Assembly: GCA_045403135.1 (NCBI GenBank)
Contig: JAXIPC010000009.1
Span: forward strand, 6,014 to 70,013
Length of the DNA: 64,000 nucleotides
Origin: Gemmatimonadales bacterium
GTDB lineage: Bacteria; Gemmatimonadota; Gemmatimonadetes; Gemmatimonadales; GWC2-71-9
Direction of reading: 5' to 3'
Shown here piece by piece: positions 53,721 to 63,127 of the stretch. Position 1 is the first letter of the stretch. Each line of letters starts with the position of its first letter. Both the position numbers and the translations under genes were made by a program. Under the pieces are notes generated by a model. That model was not told the DNA's origin. It was given only the letters and a program-made list of their open reading frames with translations, and did no database searches.

Positions 53721-56222
53721 TCAGACGCTTGCTCCGATCCCATGCCGGGCAAAGAAATCCTCACATTTGGTTCGCACCTCGGCCCACGACCCCATGACCC
53801 GCTCGGCGCGGGGCAACCCGGACAGCAGCAAAGGCCCGTAGCGCTTCACCACCACCCGTCGGTCGAGCAGGATCACCACGCCGGCGTCGGTGCGGGTGCG
53901 GATCAGCCGTCCGAAGCCCTGCTTCAGCTTGAGGGCGGCGTGGGGCAGCAGGTACCCCATGAACCCGTCCTCCCCCTGCTCCGCCAGGCGCTCCAGCCGG
54001 GCGGCCGTCAACGGCTCCGACGGCACCTTGAAAGGTAGCTTGCAGAGCAGCAGGACCCGGAGCGCGCGCCCGGGAACGTCCACACCCTCCCAGAACGAGT
54101 CGGTGCCCAGCAGGATCGCGTTCCCCGCCTCCCGGAAGCGCCGCAGGAGGAGGTCCCGGGTTCGCTCCCCCTGGACGAGAATCGGCCAGCGTGGCGGGAG
54201 TGACGCGCGGAGCTCGGCGGCCGCGCGCCGAAGGGCCGCATGGCTCGTGAACAGCGCAAACATCCCACCGTCGGAGGCCCAGGCCAGCTCCGTGATGGCC
54301 CGAACGACGCACGCATCGTGGGCCGCCTCATCCTCCCGTGGATCGGGGAGATCGTTGGGGATTCCGAACAGGCACTGTTCCGGGTAGTTGAACGGCGAGG
54401 GGAGGATTTCGCGGACGGTCACCGGGGTGGGCGGGAGCGAGAGCCCCACCCGCGACTCCAGAAAATCGAACTCTCCACCTGCCGCCAGCGTGGCGCTGGT
54501 CATCACGACGGTCTTCACCCGGTCGAAGAGCGACTCACGCAGCACCGGCGCGAGGTCCAGTGGCACCGCGGCCAGCGCCAGCTGTTGTCCCTTGGGCCCG
54601 GTTCGTTCCATCCAGCGCACCGTGGGCACCCCGCCAGGACTCGGCCGCAGAGTCCGGTTGAGACCGTCGCTCACCGCTTCGAGCCGCCGCACCACCCCGC
54701 GGAGCTCGCCGAGAATCTGGGTGCGTCGCTCGGTCAGCTCCGCCTGCGACATCCGGTCGGCGATGGTTTCCACGTCGTCCCGCATCCGGCGGAAGGCCCC
54801 GAGCACACCGTCGAGCTCGAAGGTCAATCCTTCGCTCCAGATTGGTGCTTTCGCGAAGTCCGCGTCGAGCCGGTAGGGCGAGCCATTCCCTTCGAGGTGG
54901 GCGTGCATTCGGAGGAACATCGCCTCGGACCCGCGGCGCGCGTCAGCCAGCGCGGGCAGCAGGCGCTGGGTGAGCAGGTCGAGGCTCGCCCGGGAGAGCA
55001 GGTCCATCTGGCTCTTGAGCTCATAGCCCAGCGTGGGCAGCAGACCCTTGCCGTTTCGCTCGAGCCGGCCCAGCAGCCGCCGGACGCCGCGGGTGGACAC
55101 CGAGGCGCCGAGGTGGTTCGCCGCGACGTCTTCCAGGTGGTGCGCCTCGTCCAGGACCAATCTCTGGTAGGGGGGAAGCACCGCCGCTTCGTCCCAGTTT
55201 TCCTGTGCGCCACGGATCGCGAGGTCGGCGGCCAGTAGGTGGTGATTCACCACGACGACGTCCGCTTCCGCCGCCGCCCGTTTGGCCTTGAAGAGAAAAC
55301 AGCGCTCGAAGTGCGGGCACCGGAGCCGGGAGCAGAGGTCCGGCTCGGCCGCCACCTCGTCCCAAACCTCGCTGCTCGGCTGCACCGCAAGGTCGCCGAG
55401 GGTCCCGTCGGCCGTGCGGCTGGCCCACTCCGACAAACCGAGGAGCTCCTGGAGCTTTTCGGGCTCGAGCAACGACTGCTGCCCCGCCACCGCCGTGCCG
55501 AGCCGGGCGAGGCAGAGGTAGTTTCGCCATCCCTTGAGCAGCGCGAACGTGGGCGTGTGCGATTCGTCCGCGAGCGCATCCCTGAGCAGGGGAAGATCCT
55601 TGCCCACCAGCTGTTCCTGCAGGTTGATCGTGTTGGTGGAGATCACGGTGCGTTCGCCGTTGGCCCGGGCCCAGGCCAGCGCCGGCACCAGATAGGCAAA
55701 CGACTTCCCGATCCCGGTGCCCGCCTCGAGCAGCACGACGCCGCCGTCGTTGTACGCGTCGGCAACGTGCGCCGCCATGTCCCGCTGGCCCTGGCGGTCC
55801 TCGAACGCGCCCATCCGCGCGGCGACCGGTCCGCGCTCCCCCAGCGTCTCCACCACGCCCAGCGGATCGATCCGGGTTTCGGCTTTGACGCGCGGTACCT
55901 CGACCACCACGTACAGCTCGGTCGCGTCGTTGTTGACGATCGCGAAGCCGATACCTCCGTCGTGCAGCCGCGCCGCGATGGAGAGGTCCGCCGGGGACGG
56001 CTCCAGCAATCCGCCGGGATGATTGTGGAGGAGCATCTCGCCCCGGTCGGCGATACCGGGGAGGGCCAGCACCTCCTCCGCGGTGCCGCGCGCCACGGGC
56101 CGGACCGCGGTGATCGCACCCGCGGGGTCGACCGTACCGACGAAGCACACCTCGCGCCCGCGCGCGGCGCGAATCTCCTCGGCGATCCTGACCCGCACCG
56201 CCGGCGCGAGCCGGTCGATCAC
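53721..56222 (-). CDS. DinG/XPD-family Fe-S DNA helicase with N-terminal JAB/MPN (JAMM) domain
   Basis: GTG 56222 (VIDRLAP) forms a GTGA overlap with the upstream stop. N-terminal ~130 aa has E...HNHPGGLLEPSPAD, which equals HxHx7Sx2D. Then Walker A EAGTGIGKS, four Cys (NYLC, CSRLRCPHFERC), DEAH (LVLDEAHHL) and C-terminal helicase motifs (GTDSFWEGVD, QGFGRLIR). Confidence 0.8.
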   Translation of the reverse strand: MIDRLAPAVRVRIAEEIRAARGREVCFVGTVDPAGAITAVRPVARGTAEEVLALPGIADRGEMLLHNHPGGLLEPSPADLSIAARLHDGGIGFAIVNNDATELYVVVEVPRVKAETRIDPLGVVETLGERGPVAARMGAFEDRQGQRDMAAHVADAYNDGGVVLLEAGTGIGKSFAYLVPALAWARANGERTVISTNTINLQEQLVGKDLPLLRDALADESHTPTFALLKGWRNYLCLARLGTAVAGQQSLLEPEKLQELLGLSEWASRTADGTLGDLAVQPSSEVWDEVAAEPDLCSRLRCPHFERCFLFKAKRAAAEADVVVVNHHLLAADLAIRGAQENWDEAAVLPPYQRLVLDEAHHLEDVAANHLGASVSTRGVRRLLGRLERNGKGLLPTLGYELKSQMDLLSRASLDLLTQRLLPALADARRGSEAMFLRMHAHLEGNGSPYRLDADFAKAPIWSEGLTFELDGVLGAFRRMRDDVETIADRMSQAELTERRTQILGELRGVVRRLEAVSDGLNRTLRPSPGGVPTVRWMERTGPKGQQLALAAVPLDLAPVLRESLFDRVKTVVMTSATLAAGGEFDFLESRVGLSLPPTPVTVREILPSPFNYPEQCLFGIPNDLPDPREDEAAHDACVVRAITELAWASDGGMFALFTSHAALRRAAAELRASLPPRWPILVQGERTRDLLLRRFREAGNAILLGTDSFWEGVDVPGRALRVLLLCKLPFKVPSEPLTAARLERLAEQGEDGFMGYLLPHAALKLKQGFGRLIRTRTDAGVVILLDRRVVVKRYGPLLLSGLPRAERVMGSWAEVRTKCEDFFARHGIGASV

Positions 56223-57517
56223 GTCTTGAGTTCCTTCTTCTTCGCGGCGGGAAAGAGCACGTTGTTGAGGATCAGCCGGTAACCCGGCGAGTGGGGATGG
56301 GTGCTGAGGTCGGTGGGCGCGTCGCCCACCTGGTGCTGGGGATCTTCGGGGTCGTGGCCGCCCAGGAAGGTCCAGGTGCCCTGGCCCCGCTCGCCGTGGA
56401 TGTACTTGGCCCACGGGGAGCCCGGCTCGTCGGCCAGCACCGTCACCCCGGGCTTCAGGGCGGTCTTGTTGAACGAGGTGGTGAGCCCGTAGAAATCCGG
56501 GATCACTTGCCGGTGGTTTTGCACCAGCATCGTCGGAACCGGGTCGATCTTGGCGCTGAAGTTGAACAGCGTGAACGCGCCCAGCGGCTGGCGCCGATCG
56601 GGAGAGTTGACCTGGTGCCCGTCGATTTCGGAGTAGACCGCCATCGAGGGCGACAGCTCGAGCCGCGCGTTCTGAAACGCGAGCGCGCGCTCCCACTTCA
56701 TTTTGTCGGCGGCCGCCACATCCATCGGCGTGCCGTCGGCAAAGCTCGCGGCGATATCGACGGCGTCGCTCGCGAGCGCGAGGTCCAGCGTCTCCGTGGC
56801 GGTGCACATCGCGAACAGGAACCCGCCCCGCTCCACGAATGCCGAAATGGTCCGCGCCACCGCCTTCTTCTCGGCCGGCACATTGGCAAAGCCGAGCTGA
56901 CGGGCGGTGCGCTGGTTCCGGTCCACCATTTCCTGGAGCCACGGCGCCCCGGCGTAGGTCAGGTAGAACTTGGAGTACTGGCCGGTGAAATCCTCGTGAT
57001 GCAGGTGGAGCCAGTCGTAGGTGCGGAGTCGGTCGCCGATCACCTCGGGATCCCAGACCTTGTCGAAGGCAATGCCGGCGTACTGCAGGGCCATCGTGAC
57101 GGCGTCGTCCCAGGGCGCGGCGTTGGGGGGCGCGTAGACCGCTACCTTAGGCGCCTTTTCGAGCGGCACCGCGTCCATGTTGCCCTGGGCGAGCTCCGCC
57201 CGGATCTCGGCGGCTTGACCGTCGTCCATAATGGTGGCCGACACGCCGGCCACCGCGGCATCGCGCTGCGTGGCCGTGTCGGCCGGCAGGAGGAAGGAGC
57301 CGTTCCGATAGTTGAGGAACCACTCCGCCTTGCCGCCCCGCTCGAGCACCCGGAACGTGACGCCGTAGGCCTTGAGGTGATCGCCTTGCGTCTCGTCCAT
57401 GGGCACAAGCAGCCAGGTGGCGCGGGACCGCCGCGCTCCGGGAATCCCCGGATTCCCGGATCCCCGGATCCCCACGGCGCCGATCGCCGCCGCCCGCACG
57501 AACTCACGACGCTTCAT
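56219..57517 (-). CDS. Tat-signal protein of unknown function (family I recall being mis-annotated asparagine synthetase B; possible class-I GATase-like fold)
   Basis: ATG 57517 forms an ATGA overlap with the TPR gene stop. MKRREFVRAAAIGAVG is a twin-arginine motif. Conserved MDETQGDHLKAYG...WFLNYRNGSFL. An alternative cytoplasmic start exists at ATG 57400. Confidence 0.6.
   Translation of the reverse strand: MKRREFVRAAAIGAVGIRGSGNPGIPGARRSRATWLLVPMDETQGDHLKAYGVTFRVLERGGKAEWFLNYRNGSFLLPADTATQRDAAVAGVSATIMDDGQAAEIRAELAQGNMDAVPLEKAPKVAVYAPPNAAPWDDAVTMALQYAGIAFDKVWDPEVIGDRLRTYDWLHLHHEDFTGQYSKFYLTYAGAPWLQEMVDRNQRTARQLGFANVPAEKKAVARTISAFVERGGFLFAMCTATETLDLALASDAVDIAASFADGTPMDVAAADKMKWERALAFQNARLELSPSMAVYSEIDGHQVNSPDRRQPLGAFTLFNFSAKIDPVPTMLVQNHRQVIPDFYGLTTSFNKTALKPGVTVLADEPGSPWAKYIHGERGQGTWTFLGGHDPEDPQHQVGDAPTDLSTHPHSPGYRLILNNVLFPAAKKKELKT
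57438..57473. repeat. period-8 micro-tandem repeat inside a coding region (signal peptide)
   Basis: CCGGGAAT CCCCGGAT TCCCGGAT CCCCGGAT CCCC. On the minus strand it encodes GIRGSGNPGIPG. Confidence 0.8.
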
Positions 57518-59235
57518 GTGGCCGGCACCGCTCCCCGCGCGACATCGAGCAGCCGCCGAGCCTGGGGAACCACGGCGCTGGTGGGCCACGTGACCAGCAG
57601 ATGCTCGAGGGCGGCGATGGCCTGCTCCTGGCGCGCGGTCTTGAGCAGCAGGCCGGCCAACGCAAACTCAGCCGCCGCAGCGCTCGCGGGGACGCCTTGT
57701 TCCACGACGGTGCGATAGAGCCGCTCGGCTTCGGCATTGTGACCAAGGCCGGCGTGCACTCTCCCGGCCATCAGCAAGAGCTCGCCACCACCGTGATCCG
57801 GCGCCAGGGTCGGCGCCAACTCCGCCAGAGCCACGGCCGCGCCGGCGCTGTCCCGCCGCTCCAGCCGGTAGAGGGCGTCGCCGAGCGCGGGAAGCGAGTC
57901 TTCCTCGATCACCTGCAGAAGCCCGAGGACCGAGATCCGTTCGGTGGCTGCGGGGCGGTCTCCGGTGAAAGGACCCGCTTCGGTGAGCATCGCCCGCGCC
58001 ACGGTGAGATCACCGCGATAGAGCGCGATTCTTCCCCGCACCGCCTGCGCATCCACCGAGCTGTCCGCGACCAGCAGGCTGTCGGCCTGGGCCAGCCGTC
58101 CGTTGCGGATCCATCCCAGCGCCAGCCGAAGGGCCAGGCGCTGGCGGTCCTCCGCGCCGAGGATCGGAGCCAGCTCGCGGAATCGGCGGTCCGCCTCCTC
58201 CACCCCGCCTTCGTCCACCAGCACGCTCACCAGCGTCGATGTGGCGCTCGCCGCCATCGAGGGAGTGGCGGCGGGGTCGCCGGCGAGCGTGGCGAGCAGC
58301 CGCCGCGCCGCGGTCTGGTCGCCCGCATCGGCGTACGCCTGCGCCGCCTCGAGCCGGATCCGCGCCCGTTGGGGACCCTGGGCACGGTCGCCCATGAGCT
58401 CGAGCACCCGGGCACGGGCGGCATAGTGCTCGGCGGTAGAGGAAGCCCGCAGATCGTCCAGGATTTCCTGCAATGCCTCCACACCGCCGGTGCCGCCGGT
58501 CGAGACAGCGGCCTCAATGCGCTTGGCGCCGGTGAGTGGCTCGCCCCAGCGAATCAGCAGGGCGGATGCGAGCCGCTCGCCGGTCAGGTCTCCATCCTTG
58601 CCCAGCTCGCGGAGGAGCGTGGTCCGCCCCGGTGGAGGCACCTGTCCCAGAATGGAGAGCGCCGCCCCGCGATAACCCGGCACTTTCCGGATCGCGAGCG
58701 ACCATTCGCGGGCCGCCCCGGCGTAGTCGCCCTCCGCGGCGGCGAGCTGTCCCAGCTCGGCGGCCATCGCGTCGGGCCGGCCTAGCTTCTGCCGCCCCAG
58801 CAAGTAGGCCGCTTTCGCGCTGGCGCGGTCGCGGGCGCTGTAGGCCGACAGGCCCCATTCCTGATAGGGCATTTCACTGGCCGGCTCGAGCGCGGCCCAG
58901 CGCTCGACCGCGACCCGTGCGCTGTCCGGCTGGCGCGCCGCGGTCCACACCCGGATGGCTACACCCAGCACCCCGGGCGAAGGATCGCGCTGGACCGCCG
59001 CCTGCATCGGCGCGATCATCTCGGCCAGCCGCCCAAGCGGGGTCAGCGCGCGCTCCAGGCCCAGGAGCGCGGACAAATCGTCCGGCCGAGCGGCGAGATG
59101 AGTCCGCCACGCCGACGCCGCGCCGGCGTAATCGCCGCGGCGCTCGAGATCCATCGCGCGGGTGGTGGCATCCTGCGCATTCGCAACGGCCGTCAGGCCC
59201 AGCGCGACCAGCGAGCACATCCCCACTCGCTTCAC
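57514..59235 (-). CDS. secreted TPR repeat protein
   Basis: GTG 59235 forms a GTGA overlap with the upstream stop. Signal peptide VKRVGMCSLVALGLTAVANA, then Ala/Leu/Arg-rich TPR-like helical repeats throughout. Confidence 0.7.
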   Translation of the reverse strand: MKRVGMCSLVALGLTAVANAQDATTRAMDLERRGDYAGAASAWRTHLAARPDDLSALLGLERALTPLGRLAEMIAPMQAAVQRDPSPGVLGVAIRVWTAARQPDSARVAVERWAALEPASEMPYQEWGLSAYSARDRASAKAAYLLGRQKLGRPDAMAAELGQLAAAEGDYAGAAREWSLAIRKVPGYRGAALSILGQVPPPGRTTLLRELGKDGDLTGERLASALLIRWGEPLTGAKRIEAAVSTGGTGGVEALQEILDDLRASSTAEHYAARARVLELMGDRAQGPQRARIRLEAAQAYADAGDQTAARRLLATLAGDPAATPSMAASATSTLVSVLVDEGGVEEADRRFRELAPILGAEDRQRLALRLALGWIRNGRLAQADSLLVADSSVDAQAVRGRIALYRGDLTVARAMLTEAGPFTGDRPAATERISVLGLLQVIEEDSLPALGDALYRLERRDSAGAAVALAELAPTLAPDHGGGELLLMAGRVHAGLGHNAEAERLYRTVVEQGVPASAAAAEFALAGLLLKTARQEQAIAALEHLLVTWPTSAVVPQARRLLDVARGAVPAT

Positions 59236-62200
59236 GGGGCGCCTCCGGTGAGGCGGCGGAAGTAGTCGGTGACCAGCCTCCGCTCTTCGGGAGAGAGCCG
59301 CTGCAGCTGCTCCCACGTCGGTAACCGAATTTCTCCGTCCCGGCCCGAGAGCTGGGCGCGCAGCGAAGGGGGCAGCCGGATCTCGCCCGGCTTGGCGCTT
59401 TCGCTCTGGCGTTCCTTCCGCTCGTCCTCCTCCCGGCCGGTGAGCGTGCGGCCGGCATCGAGCATCCGGCGGAACAACCGCTCCTGGCGCGCCACCATTT
59501 CGCGGTCGAGCCGGCCGCGCTCGAGCGCGCGCGCCAGGTCACGCGCCTCGTCTCCCATCGGCTTGGCCTCGGCCTGTCCTTGGGCGCGGAGCCGCTCCAG
59601 CTCTTGGGCCAGTGCCCGCTGCCTGGCGGCCAGCGACTGCAGCTGCTGCTGAATGGAGGCGGAGCCCGCCATGGGCAACAATCCGTTGGCATCCTGGCTG
59701 ATCTGGCCCTGCTGATTGGCCAGCTTGGTCATTCGTTCCATCGCCTCGGCGAAGCCCGAGCCGCTCCCAGCGCCGGAGACGTCGTCCCTCGCGCGGAGCA
59801 GCCCGTACGCCGCCACATTGAGCGCATCCACCGCGTCTCCCGCGCGGTCGGCCGATTCCCGCGGGTTTCCCGAGGCACTGGCCGCCGCTTCGCGGGCGCG
59901 CGTCATCTGCTGCCGGGCCTCCGCGAGCGCCGCCAGAATCTGGGGCGAGACCAGTGCGTTCTTCCCGGTGGCGGCGCCGACCTGCTCCAGGAGTTTCTGA
60001 ACGCCTTCCTCGAGGGCCCCTTCGGCGTTGCGCGCCGCGGCCTGCGTGCCGCTTTGCCGGAATTGCTCCGTCACCGCGAGCTGCCGCTCGGCAAGCCGGG
60101 TGGTTTCCAGCAGCGCACGATCCAGCTGCGCGACGACCTCCTCGCGCCATTCCTGTTGCTGGCCCTCGCGCTGCTCTTGCACCTGTTCCTTCACCGCTTT
60201 CATCTTGCCGGCGGCCTGCTGGCCGGACTTCTGCGCCTGGCCGGATTGCTTGCGCTCGGCCGCCTGCGCCGCCTGATGCATATCCCTGGCGGCGTCGCGC
60301 GCCTCCTCGGCCGCCCGCTTCATGGCCTCCTGGCGCTGCTCGGCCTCCATCTGCTTGGCGGCCTGCTCGAGCCCGGCGGCCACCGAGTCGGCTCGCCGTG
60401 CCATGGCGCGCTCCTCCGCGGCGGCGCGGGCGCTGTCGGTGGCGGTCACCTGCTTGTTCCAGGTGTCCTGCTGCTCGGCCAGCTCACGGGTCTCCTGCTC
60501 CAGCGCGGCGAGCTGGCCCTCGAGCGCCGCCCGTTTGAACATCTCCCGGCTGCGCTCCAGCGCCTCGCGGAGCTTCTGCTGGCTCTCCCCGAGCCTCCGC
60601 ACCGCGTCCTTGGTCCGCTCGCGGTCCAGCGCCTTGAGGGCCTCCTGGAGCTCGGCGAGCTGCCGGCGAAGCTCGGGCGACAGCGCTTGCTCCAGCTGAT
60701 CCTGGACCTCCTTGAGACGCCGCTGAAAGGCCGAATCCGAGAGACCCGCGCGTTCCGCCGTCTTGCGTAGTTCTTCCAGTGCCTTCTGCACCTGTTCCGC
60801 CTGTTCGATCAGCTGCTCCTGACGCTCCGCCACCGTCTCCGCCTTCTTGGCGGACTCGAAGTCGAGCGCGCTCTCCGCCCCGCGCTGCTGGGCACGCCCA
60901 AGGTCTTCGGTTTGCCGCTGCGCGTTCCGGCTTTCGGCCACGAGGGAATCGAGCTGCTTCTGGATTTCGCGCGCCCGGTCCTGCTCCGCCACGCGGAGCT
61001 CGGGCCTGGTCGGCACGATGATCGCGACTTCGCGTGACCGGCCGGTTTGCCCCGCAGGAGAGTTGTCGCGGACCCGGGCCACGATGCGCAGCGTGTCGCC
61101 GGCCACCAGGCCGAGCGCTGCCGGATCCACGGAGGCCGGAAGAATCGCCCGGTCCAGCGCCTGAGCGGGAAGCGGGAGGCGCTCCTCCGAAAGCGCTCGC
61201 GTGCCGCCGCCGTGCGACACCCGGCGCTCCAGCATGATTTCCGTCAGCCCATGATCGTCGTGGGCGTCGAGCACCAGCGGGAGCGAGCCCACCAGGGGCG
61301 CGACGGTGTCGCCGGCGGGAACCGGGATCTCGACCACCGGCGCCAGATCCGGAAGGATGCGCACCAACAGCACGACGTCGTCGCCGGTGAGCGGCTCACC
61401 GTCCTCGCCGCGGAGCACCAGGCGATAGGCCCCGGAAGACACCGGGGCGAAGCTGCCCGCGAAACGCGCCCCATCGAGCGGCAGCGCCGCGCGCATGGCG
61501 CCGAGCTCCCAGCGCGCGGTGCCGAGCGGCACGGTGGCTTCGCCTCGCGCGTGGAGCCGGCTTCCGGCCGGGAGCAGGAGCGTGTCAACCCCCACCGGGG
61601 CCGGCTCGTTCTCGAGCTTCAGGTAGGCGGGATACTGAATGGTCACCGCAAACGCAGCGAGGAAGGCCGGCCGCCGCACGGTGACCTCGAGCGTATCGGA
61701 GGAGCGCCGGCCGTCGGTGATATGCGCGAAGAGCGCTTCGGTGAGCGGCCCGGCGAGGCGGCGGGCTCGTCCCAGCGAGTCGAGCGGCACGGAGATCGGC
61801 TCCCAGGTGGTGCCGGGCGATCGCGTCCACAGCGTCACCGCGCGGCGGCCGGGCGCCGAGACCAGGAGAGCCACCGAGTCTCCCGTACGGATCAGCTGCC
61901 GGTCCGCGGTCAGCCGGAGCGGACTCGCCATCATTTCCAGCGCCAGCCGGGGCCGCCAGAGCAGCGCCGCCGGCCCCCGACGAATCCCGGCAGCGCCCAA
62001 TAGCAATCCGCAGCCGACCACGCCCGTAGCGGCGCCGGTAAGCAGCCTGCCGATCCGGCTGCGTTCCCGGCCGAGGGCGGCGGGTGCGCGCGTTGCCACG
62101 TCCAGTGCCGTCGCCCGGTCGGCGGCCGCGCGAAGGCCATGGCTGGTACCCTCGCTCGGTGGCTCCAGCAAACCGCGCAGCGCGCCGCTGCGCCACTCCA

Positions 62201-62477
62201 TCTGCTCTTCGAGTCGCGCGGCCAGCCGATGCGAACCCAATCCGCGCGCGGAGCGGAATACCAGCACCAGACAGATCGCTCCGGCGAGGATCGCCGCGAC
62301 CCACGTGGCCGGCACCCACAGCGGCGAGCGCAACAGACCGGCCCGCGCGCTCCAGGCCGCCAGCGCCAGCACGAGCAGCAGGCCGGCGAGTGCGGCGACG
62401 CCGCCCAGCCACGCCATGCGCCACACCAGGGGGCGCGCGCTGGCGCGGAGGGCCTGCTCGGTCTGGCCGCCGGTCAC
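59232..62477 (-). CDS. giant membrane-anchored coiled-coil protein (DUF4175-like)
   Basis: GTG 62477 forms a GTGA overlap with the upstream stop. Has N-terminal TM helices, a beta-rich middle, about 450 aa of Q/E/A/R coiled coil, and a C-terminal LSPEERRLVTDYFRRL motif. Confidence 0.7.
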   Translation of the reverse strand: MTGGQTEQALRASARPLVWRMAWLGGVAALAGLLLVLALAAWSARAGLLRSPLWVPATWVAAILAGAICLVLVFRSARGLGSHRLAARLEEQMEWRSGALRGLLEPPSEGTSHGLRAAADRATALDVATRAPAALGRERSRIGRLLTGAATGVVGCGLLLGAAGIRRGPAALLWRPRLALEMMASPLRLTADRQLIRTGDSVALLVSAPGRRAVTLWTRSPGTTWEPISVPLDSLGRARRLAGPLTEALFAHITDGRRSSDTLEVTVRRPAFLAAFAVTIQYPAYLKLENEPAPVGVDTLLLPAGSRLHARGEATVPLGTARWELGAMRAALPLDGARFAGSFAPVSSGAYRLVLRGEDGEPLTGDDVVLLVRILPDLAPVVEIPVPAGDTVAPLVGSLPLVLDAHDDHGLTEIMLERRVSHGGGTRALSEERLPLPAQALDRAILPASVDPAALGLVAGDTLRIVARVRDNSPAGQTGRSREVAIIVPTRPELRVAEQDRAREIQKQLDSLVAESRNAQRQTEDLGRAQQRGAESALDFESAKKAETVAERQEQLIEQAEQVQKALEELRKTAERAGLSDSAFQRRLKEVQDQLEQALSPELRRQLAELQEALKALDRERTKDAVRRLGESQQKLREALERSREMFKRAALEGQLAALEQETRELAEQQDTWNKQVTATDSARAAAEERAMARRADSVAAGLEQAAKQMEAEQRQEAMKRAAEEARDAARDMHQAAQAAERKQSGQAQKSGQQAAGKMKAVKEQVQEQREGQQQEWREEVVAQLDRALLETTRLAERQLAVTEQFRQSGTQAAARNAEGALEEGVQKLLEQVGAATGKNALVSPQILAALAEARQQMTRAREAAASASGNPRESADRAGDAVDALNVAAYGLLRARDDVSGAGSGSGFAEAMERMTKLANQQGQISQDANGLLPMAGSASIQQQLQSLAARQRALAQELERLRAQGQAEAKPMGDEARDLARALERGRLDREMVARQERLFRRMLDAGRTLTGREEDERKERQSESAKPGEIRLPPSLRAQLSGRDGEIRLPTWEQLQRLSPEERRLVTDYFRRLTGGAP

Positions 62478-63127
62478 CGGCCGCCTCCGACCGCGTAGAC
62501 GAACAGGTTTACTCCCATGCGCAATGCGGCCTCGCGCTTCTCGGGCGGGTCCTTGTGAACCTCGGGGTCTTCCCACCCGTCTCCCAGATCGGTTTCATAG
62601 CTGTAGTACACGACGAGCCGGCCCTCGAGAAAGATCCCGAAGCCCTGCGCGGGCTTGCCGTCATGCTCGTGAATCTTGGGAATTCCCCGAGGGAATTCGT
62701 ACACCAGATGATAAATGGGGTGGTCCAGCGGCACCTCGACGAGCGGCCGATCGGGAAAGAGCCGCGCCAGCTCTCGGCGAATCGATTCGTTCATCCCGTA
62801 GTTGTCATCGGCGTGGAGGAAGCCGCCTTGCTGGAGATACCGGCGCAGCGTCGCGAGCTCGGTCTCATTCCAACGCACGTTGCCATGCCCCGTCATGTAC
62901 AGGTACGGCAGCTGCCAGACGTCGGCATCGGCGAGCGTCACCACGCGCTCGCGCGGCGCAACGGGCAGCGTGGTGCGCTCCGCCAACGCCGTGAGCAGAT
63001 TGGGCAGGCTCGACGGATTAGCGTACCAGTCGCCGCCGCCGTCGTAGTGCAGCCGCCCGATGGTGAGCGGTGGCTGCGCTGTTGCGGTGGGTGTCGCGAG
63101 CGCGAGCGCCAGCAGGGCTCGTCTCAT
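62474..63127 (-). CDS. DUF4159-like secreted protein
   Basis: Signal peptide MRRALLALALATPTATA. HYDGGGDWYANPSSLPNL, LPYLYMTGHG and GGFLHADDNYG match what I recall as DUF4159. Confidence 0.7.
   Translation of the reverse strand: MRRALLALALATPTATAQPPLTIGRLHYDGGGDWYANPSSLPNLLTALAERTTLPVAPRERVVTLADADVWQLPYLYMTGHGNVRWNETELATLRRYLQQGGFLHADDNYGMNESIRRELARLFPDRPLVEVPLDHPIYHLVYEFPRGIPKIHEHDGKPAQGFGIFLEGRLVVYYSYETDLGDGWEDPEVHKDPPEKREAALRMGVNLFVYAVGGGR

Noticed and set aside
53721-56942. Over-extended track ORFs (53721..56942, 25663..27453, 6787..8745, 5678..7318, 49052..51037, 3052..4647, 35438..36778)
   Set aside because: The extra N-terminal parts run through the upstream gene in another frame and look non-protein-like. 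Homology-supported N-termini coincide with GTG/ATG starts in NTGA overlaps, or with internal ATGs, so the genes were trimmed.
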